Of a stretch of 64,000 nt of DNA, positions 1 through 12,300 are shown piece by piece. A model generated the notes under the pieces. The model was not told where the DNA came from. It searched no databases and saw only the letters and a program-made list of their open reading frames with translations. Within the stretch, counting starts at the first letter, position 1, and every line of letters starts with the position of its first letter. The stretch spans positions 536,010 through 600,009 of the forward strand of contig NMRA01000105.1 in NCBI GenBank assembly GCA_002633005.1, in the 5' to 3' direction. The stretch comes from Phoronis australis. Lineage: Eukaryota; Animalia; Phoronida. The translations under genes and the position numbers were made by a program.

Positions 1-2321
1 CCTAGTTGCGCTTGGCATAAGACGTTGTACAAGTAAGACAGTCGAGGATTTATCATTCTTGCTATTTGTTGCAAAGGACATGAAACTCCAAGGGTGCCAG
101 ACTTACCTCGGTCTCAGTGATTATATGGCTGATCGAGTTTTGCCAACTTTTTGTTTATTTTCATAGACAACCTCGAAATAAGTGTATTTTGTGAGCCTTG
201 CAGCTCGAACCAACTTTTTGGACAAACTGGGCTAATTATTAAGTCTTTCCAATGACGTAATTTTATTTTTCTATAAGCCAGTAAGGCTGCTACTGAAGGG
301 TAATGAAGAAAGAGACACTTTCACGCCACGTGGTGGCCCACTTTAGAAAATAATTCTTGATGGTAGAAATAGGCGAGTCAATGGATTTATACCCCGGGTT
401 TGATGTCTGCTGGGCCGGGTTCATGGGATCGTAGCGGATGGATATTTACGACAAACACAGTTAGTTACCGTTGCTAAGTCACACAAGCAAAAAGCAAATA
501 CGGCGAAGTCCTGTGGGAATGTGCTACCCTAGCAGATTCTCTACGATGTGCTTTCGATCACATTTCACTGAAACTGTTACTATCCATATACAGTGGCGAC
601 GAAAGCATTCTCATATTCTTTTGGCAAATGGTCGTCATGGTTGAGGGTACGACGGGAGGGATACTCCCTCTCCCAAGGGGGAGGGAGGGGGTCTAGGGAG
701 CATCTCCCATAAGTTTGAGAATTCAAATCTCATTTGGTGCATTCTAGAGGCCTCGAAGTGCCTTTTTGACGTACTTTATGGAGAACTGAGACCGCCGTGA
801 AACTACAGCGGCCGGACCGGTTCCGGCGCCCATGACGTAAAGTTATAGATCACGGCATTTGCAACAAGGGAAGAAAAGAAAAAATTTGCAAGCAGCAGCA
901 TTTCCACGATACCATGCCTTTATTGAGCTCATTCATAGATTGCGCAAGCTCGTTGACATATCAAGCTTCATTCGACAGAGAAAGACTACTTTCATAAAAG
1001 TTGACGGCTTTTGCCATCCATATTCATAGTAAGCAGCAGCTTGTTCAATTAAAAACCTTCTAAATTGTGAATAATGCAAGAGCAAATCGTTGCTTATTCT
1101 TAAGAAGATGGTACGTGAATTTTGTCCCCGGGGTTTCTCGACTATATTTTGAAGGTGGCTGGGGGTACAGTTGGAACATTATCATTCCCAATCTATTTCA
1201 ATTAAGTGTGAACTCGAAAAAAGAGATCAATTGTCGGGAGCTTCCATAAAAAGTCATGTCATGGAGTAACGTTCCTGAAACACTTCCCTTTCTCCACAAA
1301 TTTAACCCTTTTGCAAGTATTCTGCTTAAAACCACCTTTTTGACAAGCTGCATCGTTAAACACTCCTTTATAGCACCTCTTGTCCCAATCGTGAGTTGAA
1401 TATTTCAAAAACAATAGAAGAAAAGCGACCTCGATTGGAAGTTTCTTAGCTCCACGGACAAGAGTGCGACGTATGAACGTGTCATATCCACCAACACGCG
1501 AGTTTCTTGTACAAACTTGCGCCATATCCGCGCTTCTCCGATGTCTTGAGAGAAAGTGAAAAGAGCCACAGCGTGGTCAAATACTTAGTTATCATAACCA
1601 CCACAAAAGCAACTCTTTGACATTGTTCATTATACCATAAACCACGGGGAAAACGAGAAGCAGTATCTGACGACTTTTCACACTAAAAACTACGTTGGAT
1701 TAATGGTGCTTTGATTGGTTGTCCCGATTTTTTGTAGAATATTTCGACCAATAAATGCTTGTACCTTGCGATCAGCTAATTAACATAATTTATCATCAGT
1801 GTTTGCGGGTGTTCTAATTTGACAGCTGGTCGACTGGTGGAATTTTTTTGGTGTTTTTCTAATGAAATTGGTGATTTTAACCACTTTAACCATAAACAGA
1901 CCATAAGAGACACCCAATTGTTTGCCACCTCATAGATTTTTGTACGTGGAAAAGGGAACCAACGGGTAGAGTTTTGAACTCCGAAAGTAGATCCTGTTGA
2001 AGGGGATAAACTGGAAAAGGCGGCTTTTGGAAAGGAATCCTATCAGAAGACACTATGGAGTATCCGCGGACTTTCTACATACACGTAACTCTCATATAGG
2101 TCTACAATACACAACGAAAGCAAAGCTTCGGTCATCGTTCTAAGGTCAATGAGACAACGTTTGACACTGAATTGGTTGCAACTAAATTTTGTTTATATTT
2201 TGGATGTTGGAAAAAATGTCAAAAATACGTAGAGTGAATTGTACGCACAAATGAAGCCACCCTTCCTGGACTATTTCAGAAGTAAAGAGAACCTAATTAG
2301 TCAGAAAGTTGCGCCTCTTAA

Positions 2322-3203
2322 AGGGAAAGGCAACCTTTTTTCATGTCATTTTTAGCAAAAATAAGGTTCTTTGATTATCCCAGACATATTTTCACTTGAT
2401 TGCAGCTTTTCGTAATTTAATTAATTATTCGTCCTTTACTCCGGAATTGACGTTTTGGGAGGCAAGAATTTCGCGCCAATTTCTTTTCATGTAGTGTGAC
2501 TGTGAGAGCTGTCGAGTCAGTTATTGTTATACCTCGGCTGTGACAAGTTCGGTCGTCGCTTGCTTTCGTTTACGAGTCAGTCAACATGCCACATTGTTGC
2601 TGCGTACCGGGATGTACTCATTATCGCCCAGAGCCTGTAAGCAGCTCTGCTGCGATGTTGAGTAGAGGGAGTGAATACAGGCCCCGTTCGACACCCAGTG
2701 ACGAGAACACTTCGTCGTCCAATGAATAGATCGGTGAGAGAATTTTGATAAGTTTATTGAGGACTTTTCAAAAGTAATGGAGCTATTTAGAAGGTGCCAG
2801 GTGTGTGGCGAGGGAGTCACATGGCGGGATGTAAGTAGTTTGTGTGCTCAGGTCACTATCAAGTGGGAGTGTGTCGCGGGACACTCGGGCAAGTGGAACA
2901 ATTGTTCCTCTGTCCGTGAGACGATAACAGTGTGGCATGTTGACTGGCTCGTAAACAAAAGCGAACGACTACCAAACTAATCACAACAGAGGTAGAACAA
3001 TGATTGACTCTGCAGCTCTCACAGTAAGACTATGTGAAAAGAAATTGGCGCGAAATACTTGCCTCCCACAACGTCACTTCCGGAGTAAAGGACGAGTAAT
3101 TGTTTAAATTACAAAAAGCTGTAATTAAATGAAAAATATGTCTGGGATAATCAACGAACCTAATTTTTGCTAAAAATGACATGAAAAAAGGTTGCCTTCG
3201 CCT
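2322..3203 (+). mobile_element. Non-autonomous DNA transposon, Kolobok-like, internally deleted, with THAP-transposase relic
   Basis: About 190-bp imperfect TIRs (AGGGAAAGGCAACCTTTTTTCATGTCATTTTTAGC... / ...GCTAAAAATGACATGAAAAAAGGTTGCCTTCGCCT) flanked by TTAA at 2318-2321 and 3204-3207. Internal ATG at 2586 reads MPHCCCVPGC (THAP N-terminus). After a stop and frameshift: FDKFIEDFSKVMELFRRCQVCG...IKWECVAGHSGKW (CxxC...CxxGH zinc motif). Confidence 0.75.
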
Positions 3204-3262
3204 TTAAGCAAAACAAAACAATGTTAATTGTAAAAATAAATTATCATTTCTATTTTTACAGA

Positions 3263-3326
3263 ATGGGTCGTCTCGGTCGGTGTCAAGCGATCTTGGTCCT
3301 TGCGCTGGTCATATGTTTGATAAAAG
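3263..3326 (+). CDS. Mucin-like gene coding exon 1: signal peptide
   Basis: ATG at 3263 gives [21 protein letters not shown] (basic n-region plus hydrophobic core). Preceded by acceptor tttttacag, implying an upstream non-coding exon. Ends at AAG|GCAAGT; the phase-1 G joins AA of exon 2 to give Glu. Confidence 0.7.
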
Positions 3327-6300
3327 GCAAGTGTCTAACCGAGTTGGCAGAGCTTGTTCAGGACTGTTGCGCTATATAAGACCAGAATAACGATATCGTG
3401 CAAGTTCGCGAGATATCGTCATGAATAACAAGATTTGAGAGTGAACGTTTCCGGTGAACATTCTTTTACTGGCGATGAATGAAAAGATACAAGAAATTTC
3501 AGACGAGTAAAGAATAAATATTAGTAAATACTATTTTATTGGCAACATCCAACAGAAAGTTGAGAGAGTATTCATTTCTAGACCATTAATTTAAGTTGTC
3601 GCCAGGTCGTACATGAAGCGAAGATTGACAGTAATGGATTAACGTTACTGCAAACGCGACATTGTATACTCTAACGACTTCAAGAACCAAAAAGTAAACA
3701 TACTGCAAAACTTTTGTACTATTGACTTCGCTTTGGGATGATCAGTTTCTGTGGGGAACGATCAAATTCACGGATGACGAAAGGAACTGACAAGAAAACG
3801 AATTCAAAGCAAACGAAATTCAGCAAATTCCAAGAACGTCAAAAATTGTCAGTACGCTCCCAAACGCTGAGCTAACTCGTCACAATGTGACGTTCTCGTG
3901 ACGTAAACTTGACCATTGTTAATGTTTGTATTAGAGCGACAACGTATGGCGAGCAAGATAAGTAAACCTTATCGTTACTTGCCTAAACTTTTTTTTCAAC
4001 TCGTGCAATTTACTCAACGGAGAAATTAACAGGCTTCATCCACACCGTCATCATCGGCATCTCTTCTTCACCATCACCTTTCTCACCATCTTCACCATTA
4101 TCATCACCATCGCCGCCTTCACCACCGCCACCATAGACATATCAATATGTGATGTATATGACCGCCACCTTCACCATCGCAACTTTAACCATCATCAGCG
4201 CTTTCACCACCATCTTCACAATCACCACCATCTTCACCATCTTCAACATTACCATCTTCACCATCATTATCATCATCATCATCATCATCATCATCACCTT
4301 CATCATCATCATTATCGTCTTCATCACCATCATTGTCATCATCGTTGTTATTGTGGTTGAAACACGCTCTACAGCGCTTTCACTATTTGTTCTTCGTAGA
4401 AACAAAAACTCAGGAGACGACTGTTGAAGTGTCGACCCATGCAATTCGAATGTCACCTACTGAAAACACGACAGAGGGAAGAAATCTCACCTCCACTCAG
4501 GTATGGAATATGACTAGTAACGAAGCAGTCACACAGGCAAGTAATATGACGGTTTGTCTGTCTGCTTGCCTTGCGGCGGCCAACGCAATGACAACTCAGG
4601 CAATGATGTATACTGCGACTGATGGGACGACGACACGGGCAAGTAGTAACATGACGACTTATGAAACTGAGACTCAGGCAAGCAATGTGACAACCTATGA
4701 AACGGTGACCAGGGCAGTTAATATGACAGCCAACGAAACGGCAACCCCTCCAAGTAATATGACCACCAATGAAATGATGATCCATGAAAGTAGTGTTTCT
4801 GCTTGTATGTCTGCCTGCCTTATGTCTACTTATGAAATAACGACTCATGAAACGACAACCCAGCTAAGCAATAATGGAGGGAATAGAGGGGGAAGTGCGA
4901 ATGAAGGGAAGGCAGGGGGAAGTAACCAAGAAACGCCGACAGAAGCAACAAGTAACCCGACCAATGAAGCGACGACAGAGACGAGCAATATGGCCACCAA
5001 TGAAGTGGCGACAGAGACAAACAATATAGCGACTAGTGAAGCGAAGACAGCGGCAACTGATTCGATGATTGAGCAGATGACGACACTAGCATCAGGGCAA
5101 GCAACAGCGCCGACTTCGGACACTGAGGGTGCTACGTCTCAAGCAACAGGCGAAACAGGCACACAGACAAGAGAAACCAAAACTCTTGGTATTCATGGAA
5201 ATGTAACAGCAAGTGAAGTACCTCAGTTTACCACTGCAACAAGTGTGCCGCAAGCCCCTAAATTTACCCAAACAGACCAAACCACTAGTGCCACTGATGG
5301 TTTATCTCGGACACCTGTGGTCACACAGACAAGCAAAACTACAACTCTTGGTATTCTGGGAAGTGTAACAGCGACTGAAGCACCTCAGATGACACAAGCC
5401 CACGAAGTTGCAATTAAAACAACCCAATTCACTAGCGCCACTGACGGTGTATCTCAGATATTTAAGTTCTCCACAGCAGCAGTAGAGTTTACAACTCGAG
5501 GTGAGTGTGTCGAGTTAATTTAGTTAGAACTACTTTGACATTGATAAAAAGACGTGCTACAGTCTACGCATACAAATAAGTAATTGTACTTGGGCGTAAT
5601 CTCGCAATTTAGCACAGGGGCATGCCTACGCTGTTGGGATAACCTACAATAAATTTTGAATAAAAGGTTTTCTGACTGAAAGACCTATGTATATAATGCT
5701 TTACGTATTTGCCTATAGGTAGATGTTGCTCGTATAGGCACTGTGAGTGTTTTTAACCATTCGGGGTGTTTTCAATTAATTGTCTTAAAATCTTAAATTG
5801 AAATCGTGACAACATCTCCTGTTTCGGATAACTCAAATCATAAAAACGCCGCCTTTTGGATAAAGGAAAATAAGGAGACAATTTTTTAGACCAAGGACTA
5901 AAATTGTACTCCGTGACTATGCATATTAAAAAAGGATTTTAAAATGTAGCCAATACTTTATCCAAATTATGTCCTATCTTCCGTTATGTCTGTCAATCAC
6001 GGTATTAATCGCACCGGGCAAGGTAAACATGAAACTTATTAAGCCCGTTCATGTGAACCTTGCTTGAAATTTTCCATGCTATTTTATGCAAATTTCTTTT
6101 CGAGTGAACAAATCTGATAATTTCGCAATTTTTTGTTCGTGTCCACTTTCAAAATTCCTGAAATATTCCACGAAAAAGGCTCGCACGAACGGTCCTTTTA
6201 GAAACCTAAAAAAATGTTTCGTTTTCGATGGACTGAAAAAATGATTCGGGGAAGACATTTAGACATGTGTGAAAGAAAATCTTTCCAAATACGCAACTAT

Positions 6301-9300
6301 TTCTTTAAGTTTTCAAAACGTTTTCAATTCACAAAATACGCTAATGCCATTATGAAGTCAATGTTTTCGAAAAGGTGCGTTCTCGACAAGGTACAAGGAT
6401 TGTGGAAATGTCTGTCGTTTTCAAAAGAAGTTACATTTTTGCGCACCTAGCTTAAAGTATAGGGGGGGAGGGGCTCGATTTTTTCGGTGTGCGAACCTTT
6501 TAGTGAAAGAAATCAACGACGACTAAAAAAAAACAGGGCCACTAGGTTCAGGACCGCGAACTGTGCATCCGCGCCGACTTCCCGAGGGGTTTTGTGGACT
6601 TTTGTCTTGTTTACTCGGACTTTTTGTTTCGCTGAGGCGGACCTTTTTGCCCAATTCGCCAAATTTGGGGGGGGGGCTCGTTCGAGCCCCCCGAGCCTCC
6701 CTGGGTGCGCCCATGATTTCTCGCGTCTTGCACAAGTTGGCCGGACATAGAGGCACTATTTCCTATACGATCGCCGTGGCTTTTTTGTCCGGTTTCAACT
6801 CGAGTGCCGAAAAAGTGACCATCCAAACGACAACTAACGCCGGGTGAAATTTGCTGCGGAAAGATATTTGCGATTAAAAGCGTAAAAATGGTTCTCTCTT
6901 AAAAGGATACTAAACCTGTACTTTGAGCTAACGCCAGCTTAATAATAAAAGAGGCATAAAACACGTGGTTTCTCTTGCGCGCACCCAGCCTAAAAGATAG
7001 AGGGGCTCGAATTTTTCGGTATGCGGACCTTTTACTGAAAAAGATCAACGAGGACTAAAAAAACGGGCCACCAGGTTCAGGCCTATACGGATTGTGCATC
7101 CGCGCCGTATTAGTGTGGGGTTTGTGGACAATTGTCTAGTTTACTCGGACTTTTCGTTTCACGGAGGTAGCCCCCGAGCCCCCCCCCCTGTATGCGCCCA
7201 TGTTTCTATAAAACAGGTTTTGATTTAGGCAGCTTAACCTTATAAAATTAGTCTTACCACATCGTCCTTAAATAATTCTGAACCGATTTCATAACGATAA
7301 GTGGCCTAATCAAAAAACGTTGCATTTCGCCCTGTTTAGCTGGCTAAAAAGAGAATCTGTTAATAGGCCTTTTACTCTCATAAAATCCGCCTCACGGCAT
7401 TCGTTACCGTGGTGATAGGATTCTATTTCCTTTTCTGACCAACTCACGTCACATGCGAAGCGCACATGCGCAATTTTCGAATTCGTAATCTTAGTGTTGG
7501 CCAACCCCAGTGAGGCGGGCTAAAGCATTTTCTCGAGTCTCTGATGGCTTAGGTGTATGGAAATAAAATCTCATCATGGTAAGGAATATTACGAGACCTA
7601 AGGATTTTATGACAGTAAAAGGCTTAACTCGAGCTTCGTCGTTTTTTGTCATCTGAACAGGTCAGAAAACAACATTAAAAGCAAATTTAACTCTCTTTTG
7701 CCATTTTGGCTTCCATTTCCCAGATTGTGAAAAAATCGTTCATCCAGGGAACAGGTAACAAATTATACACGGTGATTTTACCACTTCACTGAAATTCTAT
7801 TTTATTTTTTGTAACATTTTCAACGATTTCAACCAAAAAATTCTTAGTGTAGAGAATACAAAAATCATCATAGCTCATCACCCACAACAGCATATTTGCG
7901 ATGAATCAAAGTTTTTAAAAAAAAGTTTGTTTCGAGGAAAACCCTTCCATGTGTGCGAGTTTGGGACACCGTGACTCCGCATGTTACAAAAATGCGAAAC
8001 TATGACGCGCACAGACAGTGCGGCGCGCATGAGAATCGAGACGCTTTTGGAAAAACGCATATCCATCCGTATATATGTTCGTAAAGCTACGCTGTAGCGA
8101 ATGTTGACCACAGCAGGCAAATCACTCAAGCATAGTAAAGCCAAAAACCCAGCATATGGTCCGTATATTTTCAAAATGTGCTCTTGGTGCCAGTTTCGCA
8201 CGTTCATAAGTACGGCGGGGCGTGACATGTGCCCATGCAAGTATCAATCGTGCTGTCTTTTAGTTCCCTGAAAAAAAGTTTTGACGGTCTCTTGCCATTC
8301 AAAATCTAGTAGATTTTGACTAGTAAATAAATTGGTTCATGTAGACATTCCTCATTGTCACACGGGTCACTTGTCTCATGAAATTGAATAAATGATGGTG
8401 TCATGGCTCTCCCACTATGCCTACGTCATTTTCTTTCCTCTGTTTAGTCTAATTATGTTGTAACGGCATGTAATGAGTTTCTTCATTGAACAGCACGAAC
8501 TGACATACACCCTCAGTGCTCTCTGTTGCCATCACTGAAGCACTGACGGTAGTTCTCTCAGTTCTCAGTACTGAATTGCTAACTTCGGTGTCTGACCAAT
8601 CAGCTATATGCCGGAATTCAGCACCATGATATGATTCTCTTAATTAATTTGAAACAAAACATGTCATGATGAAAGGGCACTCAATTGAGAATACATTTTG
8701 ATTCTGACTGATCTGTGAAGGATAGTTCAGCGTACAACAACATACTGTTTTCAACCACGATCTCCCTCCTAGCTTTTGCCAATGCTTGCAGAGGCGGATC
8801 CAGGATTTCTGTGGGGGCGGGTGGCAGGGCTCAGTGAGTATTCATGATTAGCCAGGATTTTGCCCGCCAGACAATCGCACCCCCGTACTGCCAAATGGAA
8901 TCTGGGAGAACTTTAGGAGGGGGGACATGGCCCCGTCGGCTCCACCTCCCCTCTAAATCCGCCACTGACTTGCCTCACTCATGGTCTTTTATTTGGCTTT
9001 GCAGTGATGCCACAAGTGACTGCATGGTCCGAATGGGGATTGTGCAGCGCCTCCTGTGGCCCAGGAGTACAGATCAGAACAAGAAATTGTACCGACCTGA
9101 ACAACTCCAGCAGGCATGACTGTACCGAACGTTTATTTGACACGCAGTATTGCGATGAAGGGCTTTGTGCGTGTTCGGTAGACAGTGTCTGTTCCGAGCA
9201 GAGCTGCGGGAACAGCAAGAGCAGTCAAATTCACCAATGCAAAGAAGCAACATGCGGTCAATTCACGTGTAGTTGCGCTTCAGGTTATGAGGTCTTTGAC

Positions 9301-12300
9301 ATTTCCTCTGATGGCCAGAACAGCGTGCAGTCATGTAGAGGTACGTAGGCCTATAAGTCTATGAGGTGAACCAACACCTGGTGTCTACTTCCTTTCTTAT
9401 TGGCTGCACTTGAATGTCTTCGCCAACTACGCCGGTTCAACCGGCTAACTTATTAGGAAGGAATTACCAATGTTTCCAGTTTATATCTTCTCGATGACGA
9501 CTTCCGTCTTTATAGTAAGACCAACGAACGTATCACAGAAAAAAATAGACTAATTTGCATCATCCAAAGTGGTTCTCTGTGAATGAAACAGAAGTCAAAT
9601 TGTATTTTTGCAGTTTTTTTCGTAAAGATTTTGAATTTCTGTTGATGTCCAAAGCATTTTTCTGTGACTAGTTTCAAATAAAAAAGGACCTGTTAACTGC
9701 TCGTCACTTCATCGATTTTTCTCCCACATGGCAAAGCACGCCTCCTTATTTGACATGGCAAGACATATTAGATGAAGCACATTTCCCTCATATGCAAAAT
9801 GTGACCTTTATTGACGGTTATGCATTTGGGAAATGATCAATGGGTAATTTCATTTGAGGCCCGGCATGATGCTTGCATTTATTAGGAGCAGAGTTTGAAA
9901 ACTGGGTTTAAAAGTAGTGAATCTGATGGCTTTTTCTAGAAATTCTTGCAATATTCAAAGTGAATAAAGGTCATGTTAGCTTCCCCAAATAGCAGGTTAT
10001 AATGCTACTATCTGTTTAAACGGTATTTGAGTTTTGGCGTTCCATGCTCTTTAATCCATTGTATACTTTAGTGACAATTTGAAGATATGTCAGCACCTTG
10101 TGGTTATTCATAGCATTTTTCTTTTTCTTCCAGACAAGAATGAATGTTTGGATGCCAGCAACGTGTGTAACGGTAGTGGAAAGTATGCTCCCGGAGTGAT
10201 AGGATGTCAGAATACCATAGGCAGCTATGAATGTCTCTGTGGAAATGGTTACTCATATGTGAGTTCCACGAAAACCTGTGCTGGTAAGCGCGTCTTGAAC
10301 AAAGGAGTGTTTTTGGCGCCTCCCATTTAAACAATATTGTTTCAGTGTTTTTCATGAAGTACACTTGGTATTAAGTATTAGAATGCGTTTTAAATTAAGA
10401 ACATCTGTTATAAACACTCTGGTTTATACGGTGTTGAGGGTGATTAAACACTGATGTATGCAGTAATATGTCTCTGCATTTGGACAGTTTCTTGAATTTC
10501 TGACACAAAAGTGATGTGAGTATTAAATTTTGTTGCAACTTTAAATTGGTGGTGAATGGTTTGTTGACAATTCACTGTGTTTACTGGATATGTATTTTCA
10601 CATGAACTGACTGCTGTTCAATAATCTGAGTGTCTTTCCTTCAGATGTCAATGAATGTGAAGGAAAAAATGACTGTGATCCGGGCAGATCCTCTTGCAAA
10701 AACACCCAGGGTAGCTACATGTGCAGTTGCAGTGACCCCTATCAGGGAGATGGCAAAGCTGGCACTTGTAGAGGTGAGTGAGTGTCGGTGAATTACATCA
10801 GTAACTCATAGAGACCCCTGTTTTCTGTTTTCAAAACCAAAAAAATTGCTTTAAATAGCAAAAATGAAATTATTTTTTTCATTTTGGAGACTATCAAATT
10901 CCATTTAAGTAATTCAAAGTGATGTTTATGTAACTTAAAAATTATCTAACTTTTTTCGCCGCGTTACCATGGTGCAGCTCCGTTTTGCTGATTAATCTGT
11001 TGCTCTAATTCATGTAGTGTTTCCCGAGACCTGAAAAAAGCAGCGCCACCTGAAGAAAGATTGAACAACTACTTGAACAAGTGTGGTGCAAAACAATCGT
11101 TGATCGATTTGTGGCCAGAATATGTTGAATTTGGTAGATTATATTCCTAATTTTAGTTATTAAAGTCCAAAAATATCTGGCATCTTCTGATGAGATATGG
11201 AAATTCCGAATCTAAATAACCGTGACTAATTCTGAAAACAAATTCAGTTTCCGTGAATCTCGTCCGTTTTCCATTATGGCGAAAAACCTGGATCTCCGGA
11301 ATCAGTCTTGCCTTAGGTCATGTTAGCATATTGAAAGTGAAGTATTACTATTACCATCGAAATCTTGTAGTCCTAATCTTTACCTTGTATCCATGAACTC
11401 GTGCATATCGTTATTAAAATTATGATCAAGAATTCAGAAAAGTATTTGCATAAATCATTGGATTTTTTGTTTCTGTCAATCCCGGCTCCTGCTCATGTAT
11501 TTGTCATCATTGGCCTATGAATATACAGCGCCATCTATGTGCTCATGTATTTGTCATCAGTGGCCTATGAATATACAGTGCCCTCTATGGGCTCTTGTTG
11601 ACAAGTACAGCAGGGCTGAATTTCGTAGACTGCAAAACATTAACTTACACTTGCGGTGAAAAATCTCCACTATTATAGTGAATTGAATTTGAAATTCAAG
11701 ATTCCAAGCTCACCGACCAATCATTTCATAATCGTCACTTGTCATGATGGACTGATAAGTGAGGTGTGACTATAATAGGTTAACAATGCTAAAGTTGTGC
11801 ATAAAGGCTACTATAAATGAGGGAATCTTACCGCTAATTAAACAATGGACTTAGAGACAAAAGTCCACATGGAGGCTAGGGCGAATAGCAAGCGCCATCT
11901 ACATGTCATAATTCTCTAGTTGGCACTGAGGCGGGCAACCCTGGATTGTCAGAAAACCTTAAGTCTGTCCACTCAATTACTCTTTATTTTACTTTAATTT
12001 TACAGCATTAAAATAGGAGTAGCCTGAACAATTTAGACGTTTGATTTCGTCCATTTTGTGGACGGAAAGGGTATATAGTGTTAGTAGTGTTCCAGCATTA
12101 TACTCCCTGAAGCCCCTAAGTTCGCTAATTCACAATCATAATAGCATTACGTATGTTCAGGGGCCGCAGTACTTTGCTAGGAACACCCCTGAGTATACTT
12201 TGCTAGGATAGTACACCCCCGAGCATACTTTGCTAGGATAGTACACCCCCGAGCATGCTTTGCTAGGATAGTACACCCCGAGCATACTCACGAAACACTC

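Noticed and set aside
101-170. Strong minus-strand donor (GAG|GTAAGT) suggesting an exon of a gene leaving the window
   Set aside because: No open coding frame or partner exon visible; a single motif is insufficient.
1259-1525. 88-aa minus-strand ORF
   Set aside because: No recognisable domain or supporting splice structure.
4142-4456. Poly-Met and poly-Ile ORFs resembling membrane proteins
   Set aside because: Translations of an intronic CAT/CAC microsatellite.
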